A stretch of 64,000 bases of DNA from Albidovulum sp. (GTDB lineage Bacteria > Pseudomonadota > Alphaproteobacteria > Rhodobacterales > Rhodobacteraceae): the NCBI RefSeq assembly GCF_049646345.1, contig NZ_JBARVQ010000284.1:13576-77575 (forward strand). Direction: 5' to 3'. The notes under the pieces were generated by a model. It was not told where the DNA came from, did not search any database, and was given only the letters and a program-made list of their open reading frames with translations. Below, piece by piece: positions 51,135 to 59,919 of this stretch. A program made the position numbers and the translations under genes. Within the stretch, counting starts at the first letter, position 1. Each line of letters starts with the position of its first letter.

Positions 51135-51611
51135 TCAATGCCGGGTCCAGCCCGAAGGCGGACGCGGATCGTTGTCAGGATCGATTTCAACGAAATCGCC
51201 GTCGATGACGTCGGGTCGGTGCGGCTCGCGTGGTTGTTGTCCGCCGCCGACCGTGAACCGTTCGACCCGGAAGCGGGCGGCCAGATAGCGCAGGACCGAG
51301 GACCGGACGGCAGGCACCAGCAGGAGAAGGCCCATTGTGTCAGTGAAAAAACCCGGCGTCAGCAAGAGCGCCCCGGCGAACAGGATCAGCGCCCCATGGG
51401 CAATCGGTTCGGTCGGATCGCGCAGCTCCTGCAACGATCCGCGCAGTTGCGCCAGAGCCAAAGCGCCTTGCATCCGCACCAGCAGACTGCCCGCAATGGC
51501 GGTGGCCAGAACGATGGCCAATGTCCACCACAACCCGATAAAGCCCCCCACCTGAATGAGAAGCGCAATCTCGATCAACGGTACGGCGACGAATGCCAGC
51601 AAAAGCCACAT
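51135..51611 (-). CDS. fxsA: FxsA family membrane protein
   Basis: MWLLLAFVAVPLIEIALLIQVGGFIG is the FxsA signature. 158 aa. Confidence 0.8.
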   Translation of the reverse strand: MWLLLAFVAVPLIEIALLIQVGGFIGLWWTLAIVLATAIAGSLLVRMQGALALAQLRGSLQELRDPTEPIAHGALILFAGALLLTPGFFTDTMGLLLLVPAVRSSVLRYLAARFRVERFTVGGGQQPREPHRPDVIDGDFVEIDPDNDPRPPSGWTRH

Positions 51612-51735
51612 AAGAAGACCTTCTCCTTTTCAGGTCGTGGAGTGGACTTGATCCTACCCGTGACTTACATAAGTGGTGAACTGCAAAGATACCAACCCTG
51701 CCGCGAAACCTCGCGACAAGAAAGGCCGCCCGCTG

Positions 51736-52392
51736 ATGAACAACAATGTCATTTCCCTACTCGTTCTGGCCGGGATCGCCATCTTTCTCATTTTACGGCT
51801 GAAATCCGTTCTCGGAACGCGCGAAGGGTTTGAAAAGCCGCCGGTTCCGGCCCCCTTGCCGTCGTCGCGCAAAGGCAAGTTCGAGGTGATCGAGGGCGGC
51901 CCGGATCTGGATATCACCGATCATGTTCCCGAAGGCAGCGATGAGGCGCGCGCCCTTGCCGCGATGAAACAGGCGGAACCCAGTTTTTCGGTGACCGAGT
52001 TCCTCTCTGGTGCGCGCGGCGCTTATGAGATGATCCTGATGGCCTTCGAGAAGGGCGAACTTGCCAGCGTTCAGCCGTTCATGTCGGCAGAGGTCTATGA
52101 AACGCTGGAAGAAGTCGTTGCCGCGCGCAAGGCCCGTGGCCTGACGGTCACGGCCGAATTCATGGGCATCCGGGAAGTGACGCTGCATGACGCTGAATTC
52201 GACCGGAAAACCAGTGAGGGTGAGGTTTCGGTCCGCTTCGCGAGCGAGTTGATCTCGGCCGCCCGTAACGCCGCCGGAGAGGTGGTCGAGGGCAATCCGA
52301 ACGAGGTTCGAAGGCAGCGCGATGTCTGGACCTTTGCCCGCAAGATGGGGTCGGACGATCCCAACTGGCAGCTTGTCGCCACTGGCGAGTGA
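51736..52392 (+). CDS. Tim44-like domain protein (N-terminal TM anchor)
   Basis: Start MNNNVISLLVLAGIAIFLILRL. The C-terminal Tim44-like fold ends DPNWQLVAT. Confidence 0.8.
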   Translation: MNNNVISLLVLAGIAIFLILRLKSVLGTREGFEKPPVPAPLPSSRKGKFEVIEGGPDLDITDHVPEGSDEARALAAMKQAEPSFSVTEFLSGARGAYEMILMAFEKGELASVQPFMSAEVYETLEEVVAARKARGLTVTAEFMGIREVTLHDAEFDRKTSEGEVSVRFASELISAARNAAGEVVEGNPNEVRRQRDVWTFARKMGSDDPNWQLVATGE

Positions 52393-53312
52393 TGGTTGCG
52401 GCGCGACGGCTGGGGTTCTCCGACCTGGCGGGGTGGGATGCGGACGATCACGCGGCTGCCCTGTCAACCTATCGACTGACCGTCAATCAGCTTGGGCCGG
52501 ACTGGCCCCGACCGGATGGCCGAGAGGCCCGGCAATTCTTTGAGCAGTCCTTCGTTCCTGTAGAGCTTGGCCCACCGCCGGGCCTGATCACCGGTTACTA
52601 TGAACCTGAGGTCGAGGGCCGCGCAGAGCCTGCGCCGGGCTTTGGCTATCCGCTTTACGCGCCGCCCGCGGACCTGCCCGATGATCGCCCGTGGTTCAGC
52701 AGGACCGAGATTGAAACAGGCAATCTGCTGGCCGGGCGAGAGCTGGTCTGGTTGACCGATCCGGTCGAGGCGTTTTTCGCCCAGGTTCAGGGCTCGGTCC
52801 GCGTGCGGCTGGATGACGGGCAGGTGCGGCGCTACGGCTATGCCGCAAAGAACGGCCATGAATACAGGTCCATCGGTAAGGAACTGACCCGGCGCGGGCT
52901 TAGCGCCCCCGAAGGGATCACGGCGGATGGTATCCGCGATTGGTGCCACGCCAATCCTGATGCGGTGCCTGACCTGTTGCGGCACAACCCGTCCTTCGTC
53001 TTCTTCCGCCAGCTTGACCTTGATGCCGGAACCGGCCCGATCGGCACAGCGGGCTGTCCGGTCACGGCGATGCGCAGTCTGGCCGTCGATCCCGATATCA
53101 CCCCCCTCGGCGCGCCGGTCTGGGTCGCGGGTGGCCCGCATGCCACCCTGATGATCGCGCAGGATACCGGCAGCGCGATCAAGGGCGCGCAGCGTGGCGA
53201 TGTCTTTTGCGGCACCGGTACGGACGCTGGGCACAGTGCGGGTGATATGCGAATTTCAGGCAGGTTAGTGACGTTTTTTCCGCACCTCCTTGCCCACAGG
53301 ATGACGCAATGA
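52389..53312 (+). CDS. mltA: MltA-family murein transglycosylase homologue
   Basis: MltA and 3D-domain motifs (ITGYYEPEVEG, QGSVRV, VDPDITPLGAPVWV, DTGSAIKG). The start overlaps the Tim44-like stop. No signal peptide is visible. Confidence 0.8.
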   Translation: MMVAARRLGFSDLAGWDADDHAAALSTYRLTVNQLGPDWPRPDGREARQFFEQSFVPVELGPPPGLITGYYEPEVEGRAEPAPGFGYPLYAPPADLPDDRPWFSRTEIETGNLLAGRELVWLTDPVEAFFAQVQGSVRVRLDDGQVRRYGYAAKNGHEYRSIGKELTRRGLSAPEGITADGIRDWCHANPDAVPDLLRHNPSFVFFRQLDLDAGTGPIGTAGCPVTAMRSLAVDPDITPLGAPVWVAGGPHATLMIAQDTGSAIKGAQRGDVFCGTGTDAGHSAGDMRISGRLVTFFPHLLAHRMTQ

Positions 53313-53896
53313 CGCGTCGTCGCCGCCCACTTAGCCCCGAGGAACGCGAGCTTTGGACCCGTGTCGCCGCATCGGCGCGGCCGATGCGTACCACGCCCGC
53401 CAAATCGGCAGAGGCCGAGGCGAACCCCCCGCCGAAAAAGCCGCACCCGGCTCCGTCATCTTTTCACATCGGTCAGTCCGCAAGGTCGTTGACGGCACCC
53501 CATGACCTTGTCCCTGCTTCGGAAGACCGTCTGGCCGCCCAGCCCCTGCGCATGAACCGGCGGACCCATCAGCAGATGCAGCGCGGCAAGCTGAAACCGG
53601 AAGGCCGGATCGACCTGCACGGCATGACCGTGGCCGAAGCGCATCCAGAGCTTGTCCGGTTTCTGATGAATGCACAAAGTGCTGGCAAGCGCATGGTTCT
53701 GGTCATCACCGGCAAGGGCAAGGGCAAGGTCAAGGACGATCACGGTCCGATCCCGCAGCGCATCGGGGTCCTGCGCCACCAGTTGCCGCATTGGCTGGGG
53801 CAACCACCATTGAGCAATGTGGTGCTGCAGGTCGCGCCTGCCCATCTCAAACATGGCGGCGGCGGCGCGTTCTACATCTATCTGCGGCGTGCCTAA
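53309..53896 (+). CDS. Smr domain protein
   Basis: C-terminal Smr domain (IDLHGMTVAEAHPEL, VLVITGKG, GGGGAFYIYL). 4-nt overlap with mltA. Confidence 0.8.
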   Translation: MTRRRRPLSPEERELWTRVAASARPMRTTPAKSAEAEANPPPKKPHPAPSSFHIGQSARSLTAPHDLVPASEDRLAAQPLRMNRRTHQQMQRGKLKPEGRIDLHGMTVAEAHPELVRFLMNAQSAGKRMVLVITGKGKGKVKDDHGPIPQRIGVLRHQLPHWLGQPPLSNVVLQVAPAHLKHGGGGAFYIYLRRA

Positions 53897-55005
53897 GGTT
53901 GCAGGCCGGTCACGGGTGACAGCACGATCTGGGTTGCATTCTGCACCGTCAGCGCCACGCCCGGAAGCAGTCCGGGACGCCCGGTTCTGCCCGCCGCCAG
54001 GGCGGTGTCAACATCGGTGATCCTGCTCAGCAGAACCAGCAATGCGGGTGAGTTGCCGGGGTTGAAATGGCCGACACCCTGCGAAAAGGCTGTGGTGTCG
54101 AGCAGCGTGACATCAAGATTGGCAATCTCCTCCACATCGGTCAGATTGCCCAGGCGATCCCTCTGCCCCGTCAACCGTGCCGACAGCGCCAATATCCGGT
54201 CTTTCTTCGACGTGAAGATCAGGAAGGGCTCCGGCAGCTTGCCAATCCGCGCGGCCTGAGCGCGGAACACATCGACATCGATATCGGGCGAGATCAGAAC
54301 CACGCCACCAATCCGTTTGCGGACACGGTCGTTCCCGCCGATGGCGATCTGCCGCAACGTCTCCATCACCAGCGCAGAGCCGAGTGAGTGCGAAACGATC
54401 AGCACCCGCTCTGCCCCGGCGGCAATAACCTCATCCAGAAGATCCTCCAACCCGTCGCGGGCGAACAGCGCGCTGTCGCGGTCATAGGCATAGCCCAACG
54501 GATGGCCGCGCGACGGCCAGGCATAGTTCACCAGAACGCCGTTGAGGTCGAGGTCATGGCCAAGCTGGGCAAGGCGATAGGCGCCTTCGGCAAAGGTGTT
54601 GTTAAAGCCATGTACAAAGAGCACCACCTCGCGTTGATCGCGCTTTTCCCGCGCCAAGGCGGTGGCAAGGTCAGAACGGAAATCGGCGGAACCGGAATAG
54701 ACGACCTTGTTCGTTGCAACGAAATCGGTGTTGAGGTCAGGCTGCCGGTTCGGCGCTGTCCAATGGATTTCACCGGGGACACGATCAGGCGGGATCGCGA
54801 CGTCAAGCCGGGCGTAGCGCGTTGACGGACTGCGCTGATACCCGAATTCAACGCCGGTTTCAGGGTCCATGCCCCGGGTCGAGCCGACAAAAACAGTCTC
54901 TGTTCCGGCTGTTTTTGTAGCATCCGGCACAATGATAACCCGCCCGCGGGTTTCACAGGCCGCAAGCGTCAGGACGATCAGGAAGCCCGCGAACATCCGC
55001 GCCAT
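53893..55005 (-). CDS. alpha/beta hydrolase lipoprotein (DUF900-like)
   Basis: Lipobox MARMFAGFLIVLTLAAC. VLFVHGFNN and the nucleophile elbow SHSLGS. Confidence 0.7.
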   Translation of the reverse strand: MARMFAGFLIVLTLAACETRGRVIIVPDATKTAGTETVFVGSTRGMDPETGVEFGYQRSPSTRYARLDVAIPPDRVPGEIHWTAPNRQPDLNTDFVATNKVVYSGSADFRSDLATALAREKRDQREVVLFVHGFNNTFAEGAYRLAQLGHDLDLNGVLVNYAWPSRGHPLGYAYDRDSALFARDGLEDLLDEVIAAGAERVLIVSHSLGSALVMETLRQIAIGGNDRVRKRIGGVVLISPDIDVDVFRAQAARIGKLPEPFLIFTSKKDRILALSARLTGQRDRLGNLTDVEEIANLDVTLLDTTAFSQGVGHFNPGNSPALLVLLSRITDVDTALAAGRTGRPGLLPGVALTVQNATQIVLSPVTGLQP

Positions 55006-55063
55006 GGTTTGCCTCTGCTACACGCCCCCGACATATCGCAAGCGGTGTAGGCCTGCCAGTGGA

Positions 55064-56365
55064 TCAGAGGACGTAACGGCTGAGATCGGCCGAGCGCGAG
55101 AGATCGCCAAGATTGGTTTCAACGAAGGCAGCATCCACCGTCACTGCCTCACCCGACCGGTCGGGGGCGGTAAAGCTCAGCTCCTCGAACACCCGCTCCA
55201 TCACCGTGTAAAGCCGCCGCGCGCCGATGTTCTCGACGCTGCGATTGACCTCGGCCGCGATATGGGCGAGCGCGGCGATGCCGTCCTTGGTGAAGCTGAC
55301 GGTGACCTCTTCGGTCCCCATCAGTGCTGTGTATTGCAGCGTCAGCGCATTGTCCGTCTCGGTCAGGATGCGAACGAAATCCTCTTCCGTCAGCGCGCGC
55401 AGTTCGACCCGGATCGGCAGACGCCCCTGCAATTCGGGCAGCAGGTCCGAAGGTTTGGCGATGTGGAACGCGCCTGAGGCGATGAAGAGGATGTGGTCGG
55501 TCTTCACCGCGCCGTATTTCGTCGAAACTGTCGTGCCTTCGATCAGCGGCAGCAGATCGCGCTGCACGCCTTCGCGGCTGACATCTGCCCCGCGCGTTTC
55601 CGCCCGGGCGCAGACCTTGTCGATCTCGTCGAGAAAGACGATGCCGTTTTCCTGCACCGCGTCCAGAGCGGCGCCTTTGACCGCCTCGTCATCCAGCAGC
55701 TTGTCGGCCTCTTCGGAAATCAGCGCCTCATAACTTTCGGCCACGGTCATTTTCTTGCGGACCTTGCGCCCGCCAAAGGCCTTGCCGAAGATCTCGCCGA
55801 GATTCATCATCCCCATGCCCTGCTGGCCCGGAAGCTCCATCATCGGCATTTGCGGCGCGGTTTCGGCCACTTCCAGCTCGATCACTGTGTTGTCCAACTC
55901 GCCCTTCTTCAGGCGGGCCCGAAACATTTCGCGCGTCTGGTCGCGGGCATCGGCCCCGGCGATGGCTTCGATCACCCGGTCCTCGGCCGCTTGGTGGGCG
56001 CGGGCCTTGACCTCTTCGCGCATCCTCTCGCGGGTTTCGATCATCGCAGTGTCCATCAGGTCGCGGATGATCTGTTCGACATCGCGGCCGACATAGCCGA
56101 CCTCGGTGAATTTCGTGGCCTCGACCTTCAGGAACGGCGCTTTTGCCAGTTTCGCCAGCCGCCGCGATATCTCGGTCTTACCCACACCGGTCGGGCCGAT
56201 CATCAGGATGTTCTTGGGGTACACCTCTTCGCGCAGGTCATCGGGCAGCTGCTTCCTGCGCCAGCGATTGCGCAGGGCCACAGCAACGGCGCGCTTTGCG
56301 TCCTTCTGGCCGATGATGAAGCGGTCAAGCTCCGATACGATTTCGCGGGGGGTCAGATTGGTCAT
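55064..56365 (-). CDS. hslU: ATP-dependent protease ATPase subunit HslU
   Basis: [16 protein letters not shown] and Walker [10 protein letters not shown]. 433 aa. Confidence 0.95.
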   Translation of the reverse strand: MTNLTPREIVSELDRFIIGQKDAKRAVAVALRNRWRRKQLPDDLREEVYPKNILMIGPTGVGKTEISRRLAKLAKAPFLKVEATKFTEVGYVGRDVEQIIRDLMDTAMIETRERMREEVKARAHQAAEDRVIEAIAGADARDQTREMFRARLKKGELDNTVIELEVAETAPQMPMMELPGQQGMGMMNLGEIFGKAFGGRKVRKKMTVAESYEALISEEADKLLDDEAVKGAALDAVQENGIVFLDEIDKVCARAETRGADVSREGVQRDLLPLIEGTTVSTKYGAVKTDHILFIASGAFHIAKPSDLLPELQGRLPIRVELRALTEEDFVRILTETDNALTLQYTALMGTEEVTVSFTKDGIAALAHIAAEVNRSVENIGARRLYTVMERVFEELSFTAPDRSGEAVTVDAAFVETNLGDLSRSADLSRYVL

Positions 56366-57453
56366 GAAGTCTCCGAATAGGGCGGAAGCCGGTCCTTGCC
56401 GGGAAAGTCAGGCAATGCGCGCATCAGGCCCGCGCGCATCTGCACCCACCAGGTGCCAAGGACGGTGAAGAAGGTTCCGAGGATGATCAGGATCTTGGCC
56501 CAGTCCATCGCCCCGGCATAGCCGTCGCCCGCGACGGCCCAGTAGATCACCGCGCCGATATAGGCGATGCCCGCCGTCAGCATCGACCGGCGGTCGATGA
56601 TCAATGCGATCAGGGCGAAGATGAGAAGGGCTGCGGTCGTCGGCAGGATCGCCGCCGATCCGCCCCCGCCATAAAGGTTGCCTGCGATGGAATTTACCAG
56701 TGCCGCCCCGGCCAGCAGATGCAGCCAGAAGGCGGTCGCCGAATGCCGCCCGATCCGGTGCGGGTCCTGCATGTCGAACCACATCGCGCCGACAAAAGCG
56801 CCAATGCCGAAGACGAATGACGCCAATGTCAGATTGGCGCGTGGGGCAAAGCTGCGCGCCCAGCTGTCGATATCGTCGATCGTGCCGCCGGGATTGTACC
56901 GCGTGAACAAGGCATAGGTCGCCAGAAGCGCGAAGATGCCAAAGACGAACATCGAAAACGGCAGCCGGAACTGTTTGAACCAGACCAGAACCGCCCCCGC
57001 TGTCAGCGCGGCCGAGGCAAAGGCGACGCCCTTCAGCCCCATATCCATCTGGCTGAAAACGGTGAAGAACGATACGTAAAGCCCGCTTGCATAGGCACTG
57101 ACCAGCACCATCGAAGGCAGGTTCATCCGCCGCTTCAGCGTGAAATAGCCCGCCAGTGCCCAGGCGGTGATGGCGATGATCGCCGGGATCAGAATCAGGA
57201 TGAACACGCCACCGAGGACGCCGAGCAGGATCGCAAGACCGGCCAGCAGGATCGCAAGACCGGTGGCGATGAAAATCTCGGCAAAGCCCCGGAAGAATTC
57301 GAACGGTTCATCCTCGGCGGGTAGCGTTGCGCGTTTGCCTGCCCGGTCATGGGCGAGCGCGGTCAGCCCCGCCGCCTGCGCTTCGGTGACAAGCCCGGCT
57401 GCGACGGCGGCGCGCAGATCGGCAGCGCCGAAAGTCTTGGGGTCTTCAGCCAC
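56362..57453 (-). CDS. polytopic membrane protein of unknown function, encoded between hslV and hslU
   Basis: 363 aa. About 55-aa soluble N-terminus, then roughly 9-10 hydrophobic helices. 8-nt overlap with the hslV stop and 4-nt ATGA overlap with the hslU start. Confidence 0.7.
   Translation of the reverse strand: MAEDPKTFGAADLRAAVAAGLVTEAQAAGLTALAHDRAGKRATLPAEDEPFEFFRGFAEIFIATGLAILLAGLAILLGVLGGVFILILIPAIIAITAWALAGYFTLKRRMNLPSMVLVSAYASGLYVSFFTVFSQMDMGLKGVAFASAALTAGAVLVWFKQFRLPFSMFVFGIFALLATYALFTRYNPGGTIDDIDSWARSFAPRANLTLASFVFGIGAFVGAMWFDMQDPHRIGRHSATAFWLHLLAGAALVNSIAGNLYGGGGSAAILPTTAALLIFALIALIIDRRSMLTAGIAYIGAVIYWAVAGDGYAGAMDWAKILIILGTFFTVLGTWWVQMRAGLMRALPDFPGKDRLPPYSETS
57224..57263. repeat. 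in-frame tandem duplication inside the hslVU-embedded membrane protein gene
   Basis: The exact 19-mer AGCAGGATCGCAAGACCGG occurs at 57224-57242 and 57245-57263 (21-nt period). It encodes the repeated [14 protein letters not shown]. Confidence 0.8.
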
Positions 57454-58003
57454 GGATCGTCTCCACCGTCAGATTGCCGTTGGTGTAGACGCAGATATCG
57501 GCAGCGATGGCCATGGCCTTGCGGGCGATGTCTTCGGCGCTCAGATCGGTCTCCATCAGCCCCCGCGCGGCAGACAGCGCAAAGTTGCCGCCCGAACCGA
57601 TGGCGGCGACGTCATGTTCAGGTTCCAGCACATCACCCGCCCCGGTGACGACCAGCAATGTCGTGCCGTCGGTGACGATCAGCATCGCCTCCAGCTTCTG
57701 CAGATATTTATCGGTGCGCCAGTCCTTGGCGAGTTCCACACAGGCCCGCGTTAACTGCCCCGGTGCTGCCTCCAGCTTCTTCTCCAACCGCTCCAGCAGC
57801 GTGAAGGCATCCGCCGTCGATCCGGCAAATCCGCAGACCACATCGCGTCCGCCGGGCGACAGCCGCCGCACTTTGCGGGCGGTGCCCTTGATCACGGTCT
57901 GGCCAAGGCTGACCTGCCCGTCGCCCGCCACCACAACCTCGCCATCGCGCCGAACGCCGATGATCGTCGTGCCATGCCAACCGGGGAATTGCTCATCTGC
58001 CAT
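57446..58003 (-). CDS. hslV: ATP-dependent protease subunit HslV
   Basis: Only the last 185 aa of track ORF 57446..59350. Start [21 protein letters not shown] after a GGAGG RBS. The TT catalytic N-terminus is typical of HslV. Confidence 0.95.
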   Translation of the reverse strand: MADEQFPGWHGTTIIGVRRDGEVVVAGDGQVSLGQTVIKGTARKVRRLSPGGRDVVCGFAGSTADAFTLLERLEKKLEAAPGQLTRACVELAKDWRTDKYLQKLEAMLIVTDGTTLLVVTGAGDVLEPEHDVAAIGSGGNFALSAARGLMETDLSAEDIARKAMAIAADICVYTNGNLTVETIRG

Positions 58004-58135
58004 CGAAACCTCCAACGCGTCGCGTTCCGAGATATGGCGGCAAGCCCCGCCGCGCAACCCGAAGCGCGCGCTTTCGCTTGCAGAGCCGTCCGGCCTGCCT
58101 ATTCTGGGCACACAACCAGCAGGGGAGCGTGGTGT

Positions 58136-59212
58136 ATGAAAGTCGACGGCAAGGCCTATCGCACGATCTGGCCCGATACGGACGGTGAGGCCGTTCATAT
58201 CCTTGATCAGACCCTGTTTCCGCACAGGTTCGAGACGGTTCAACTGAGGACGGTCGAGGATGCAGCCCGCGCGATTTCCGACATGCTGGTGCGCGGCGCG
58301 CCCCTGATCGGGGCGACGGCGTCCTATGGCATGACGCTGGCGATGCGGGCGGATGCCTCTGATGCCGCATTGTCTGCCGCCTATGACCGTCTGCACGCCA
58401 CCCGCCCCACCGCCATCAACCTGCGCTGGGCGCTGGACCGGATGGAGGCTGTTTTGCGCCCTGTCCCGCAAGGGGACCGTTGCACCGCCGCATGGGCCGA
58501 GGCCGCGCGGATCTGCGATGAGGATGTCGCGATCAATTCGGCCATTGGCGACAACGGGCTGGCGATCATCCGCGACATTGCCGCGAAGAAGGGCGGAGGA
58601 ACGGTCAACATCCTGACTCATTGCAATGCGGGCTGGCTGGCCACGGTTGATTGGGGCACAGCCACCGCGCCGGTCTACAAGGCGCATGATGCCGGTATCC
58701 CGGTCCATGTCTGGGTCGATGAGACCCGCCCGCGTAATCAGGGCGCCTTCCTGACCGCTTGGGAACTGGGCCGTCACGGCGTGCCGCATACGGTGATCGT
58801 CGACAATGCCGGCGGGCATCTGATGCAGCACGGTCAGGTCGATATGGTGATCGTGGGCACCGACCGGACCACGGCGCGGGGCGATGTCTGCAACAAGATC
58901 GGCACCTATCTGAAGGCCCTTGCTGCGCAGGACAACGGCGTGCCCTTCTACGTCGCCCTGCCAACACCCACGATCGACCACCGCGTGTCGGACGGGGTGG
59001 CCGAGATCCCGATCGAGGACCGGTCGGGTGACGAAGTGCGTTTTATCTCTGGACGTTCGGGGGACGGGGTCACGAGCGTGGACCTGCTGCCCCCCGGCTC
59101 TGCCGCCGCCAATCCGAGCTTCGACGTGACACCCGCGAGGCTGGTCACAGCGCTGATTACGGAAAAGGGTGTGGTTCCGGCGACTGCTGAGGCGATTTCT
59201 GCCTTGAAATGA
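58136..59212 (+). CDS. mtnA: S-methyl-5-thioribose-1-phosphate isomerase
   Basis: ORF 57974..59212. The ATG at 58136 follows an AGGGGAG RBS and gives [12 protein letters not shown]. eIF-2B/MtnA motifs ([20 protein letters not shown]). Confidence 0.9.
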   Translation: MKVDGKAYRTIWPDTDGEAVHILDQTLFPHRFETVQLRTVEDAARAISDMLVRGAPLIGATASYGMTLAMRADASDAALSAAYDRLHATRPTAINLRWALDRMEAVLRPVPQGDRCTAAWAEAARICDEDVAINSAIGDNGLAIIRDIAAKKGGGTVNILTHCNAGWLATVDWGTATAPVYKAHDAGIPVHVWVDETRPRNQGAFLTAWELGRHGVPHTVIVDNAGGHLMQHGQVDMVIVGTDRTTARGDVCNKIGTYLKALAAQDNGVPFYVALPTPTIDHRVSDGVAEIPIEDRSGDEVRFISGRSGDGVTSVDLLPPGSAAANPSFDVTPARLVTALITEKGVVPATAEAISALK

Positions 59213-59299
59213 CAAATTGTTAGTCCGGTTTGAGCCCACTGTGCTCATTGAAGCGCCACTTCTTCTCGCCCGGGAACAAGCGCGACGCGCGCCGGGCGA

Positions 59300-59331
59300 G
59301 CGCCTGCCCGTCCTGGCGGGCTGGCGCTTTT
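59300..59331 (+). terminator. probable rho-independent terminator downstream of mtnA
   Basis: GCGCC-T-GCCCG / loop TCCTGG / CGGGC-T-GGCGC (10 bp with one T-T mismatch) followed by TTTT. Confidence 0.5.
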
Positions 59332-59486
59332 GAGATCGCGTGCTTCGCATTAGGTCAGAGGGGCTTTGCTGGTATAAAGTACCTTGAACAACGGTTGCTG
59401 CGCCACCCCACGGGCAGGCACTCGCCCGGCTCGGGGTGTGATGAAAACAGCACCCCGCACGTCAGACCAAATTGGCCCAGCTCAAT

Positions 59487-59516
59487 GAAAACGAAAAGGG
59501 CGCCCGAAGGCGCCCC
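59487..59516 (-). terminator. rho-independent terminator downstream of trxA
   Basis: On the minus strand: GGGCGCC-TTCG-GGCGCCC perfect 7-bp GC stem followed by TTTTCGTTTTC. 23 nt after the trxA stop. Confidence 0.7.
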
Positions 59517-59538
59517 GCGTCGTGACGTTCCTGCCAAA

Positions 59539-59859
59539 TCAGATCGCCGAGTCGATCCAGTTTTGCAGTGCGGCCTTGGGGGCGGCACCAACCTTGTTTG
59601 ACACGATCTGACCGTCCTTGAACATGAACAGCGCCGGGATGCCGCGCACACCCATCTGGGCGGGCGAATCCGGGTTTTCGTCCACGTTCACCTTCACGAT
59701 CTTGACCTTGCCTTCGTAGGCCTCCGACAATTCCTCCAAAGCCGGGCCGATCTGCTTGCAGGGGCCGCACCATTCGGCCCAGAAATCCACCACGACGGGG
59801 ATAGCGGACTGACGGACTTCGGTGTCAAAGGTGGCGTCGGTGACGGCGACGGTGGCCAT
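59539..59859 (-). CDS. trxA: thioredoxin
   Basis: 106 aa. WAEWCGPCK active site. Confidence 0.95.
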   Translation of the reverse strand: MATVAVTDATFDTEVRQSAIPVVVDFWAEWCGPCKQIGPALEELSEAYEGKVKIVKVNVDENPDSPAQMGVRGIPALFMFKDGQIVSNKVGAAPKAALQNWIDSAI

Positions 59860-59919
59860 GGGTCGTTCTCCAATTCGGGAATGTGTTGGGTCTGAACGTA
59901 GGACCGGCTATGTGGCGCG

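Noticed and set aside
57446-59350. 634-aa ORF that looks like a giant N-terminally extended HslV
   Set aside because: Only the C-terminal 185 aa are HslV, with their own GGAGG RBS and ATG at 58003. The upstream 449 aa are Arg/Pro/Gly-rich low-complexity sequence lying antisense to the clearly real mtnA gene, a typical high-GC open-frame artefact.
59224-59350. Protein-like minus-strand reading frame ending ...[18 protein letters not shown]
   Set aside because: An in-frame TGA lies immediately upstream and no ATG, GTG or usable start follows it. It is mentioned only as a possible gene relic in the findings.
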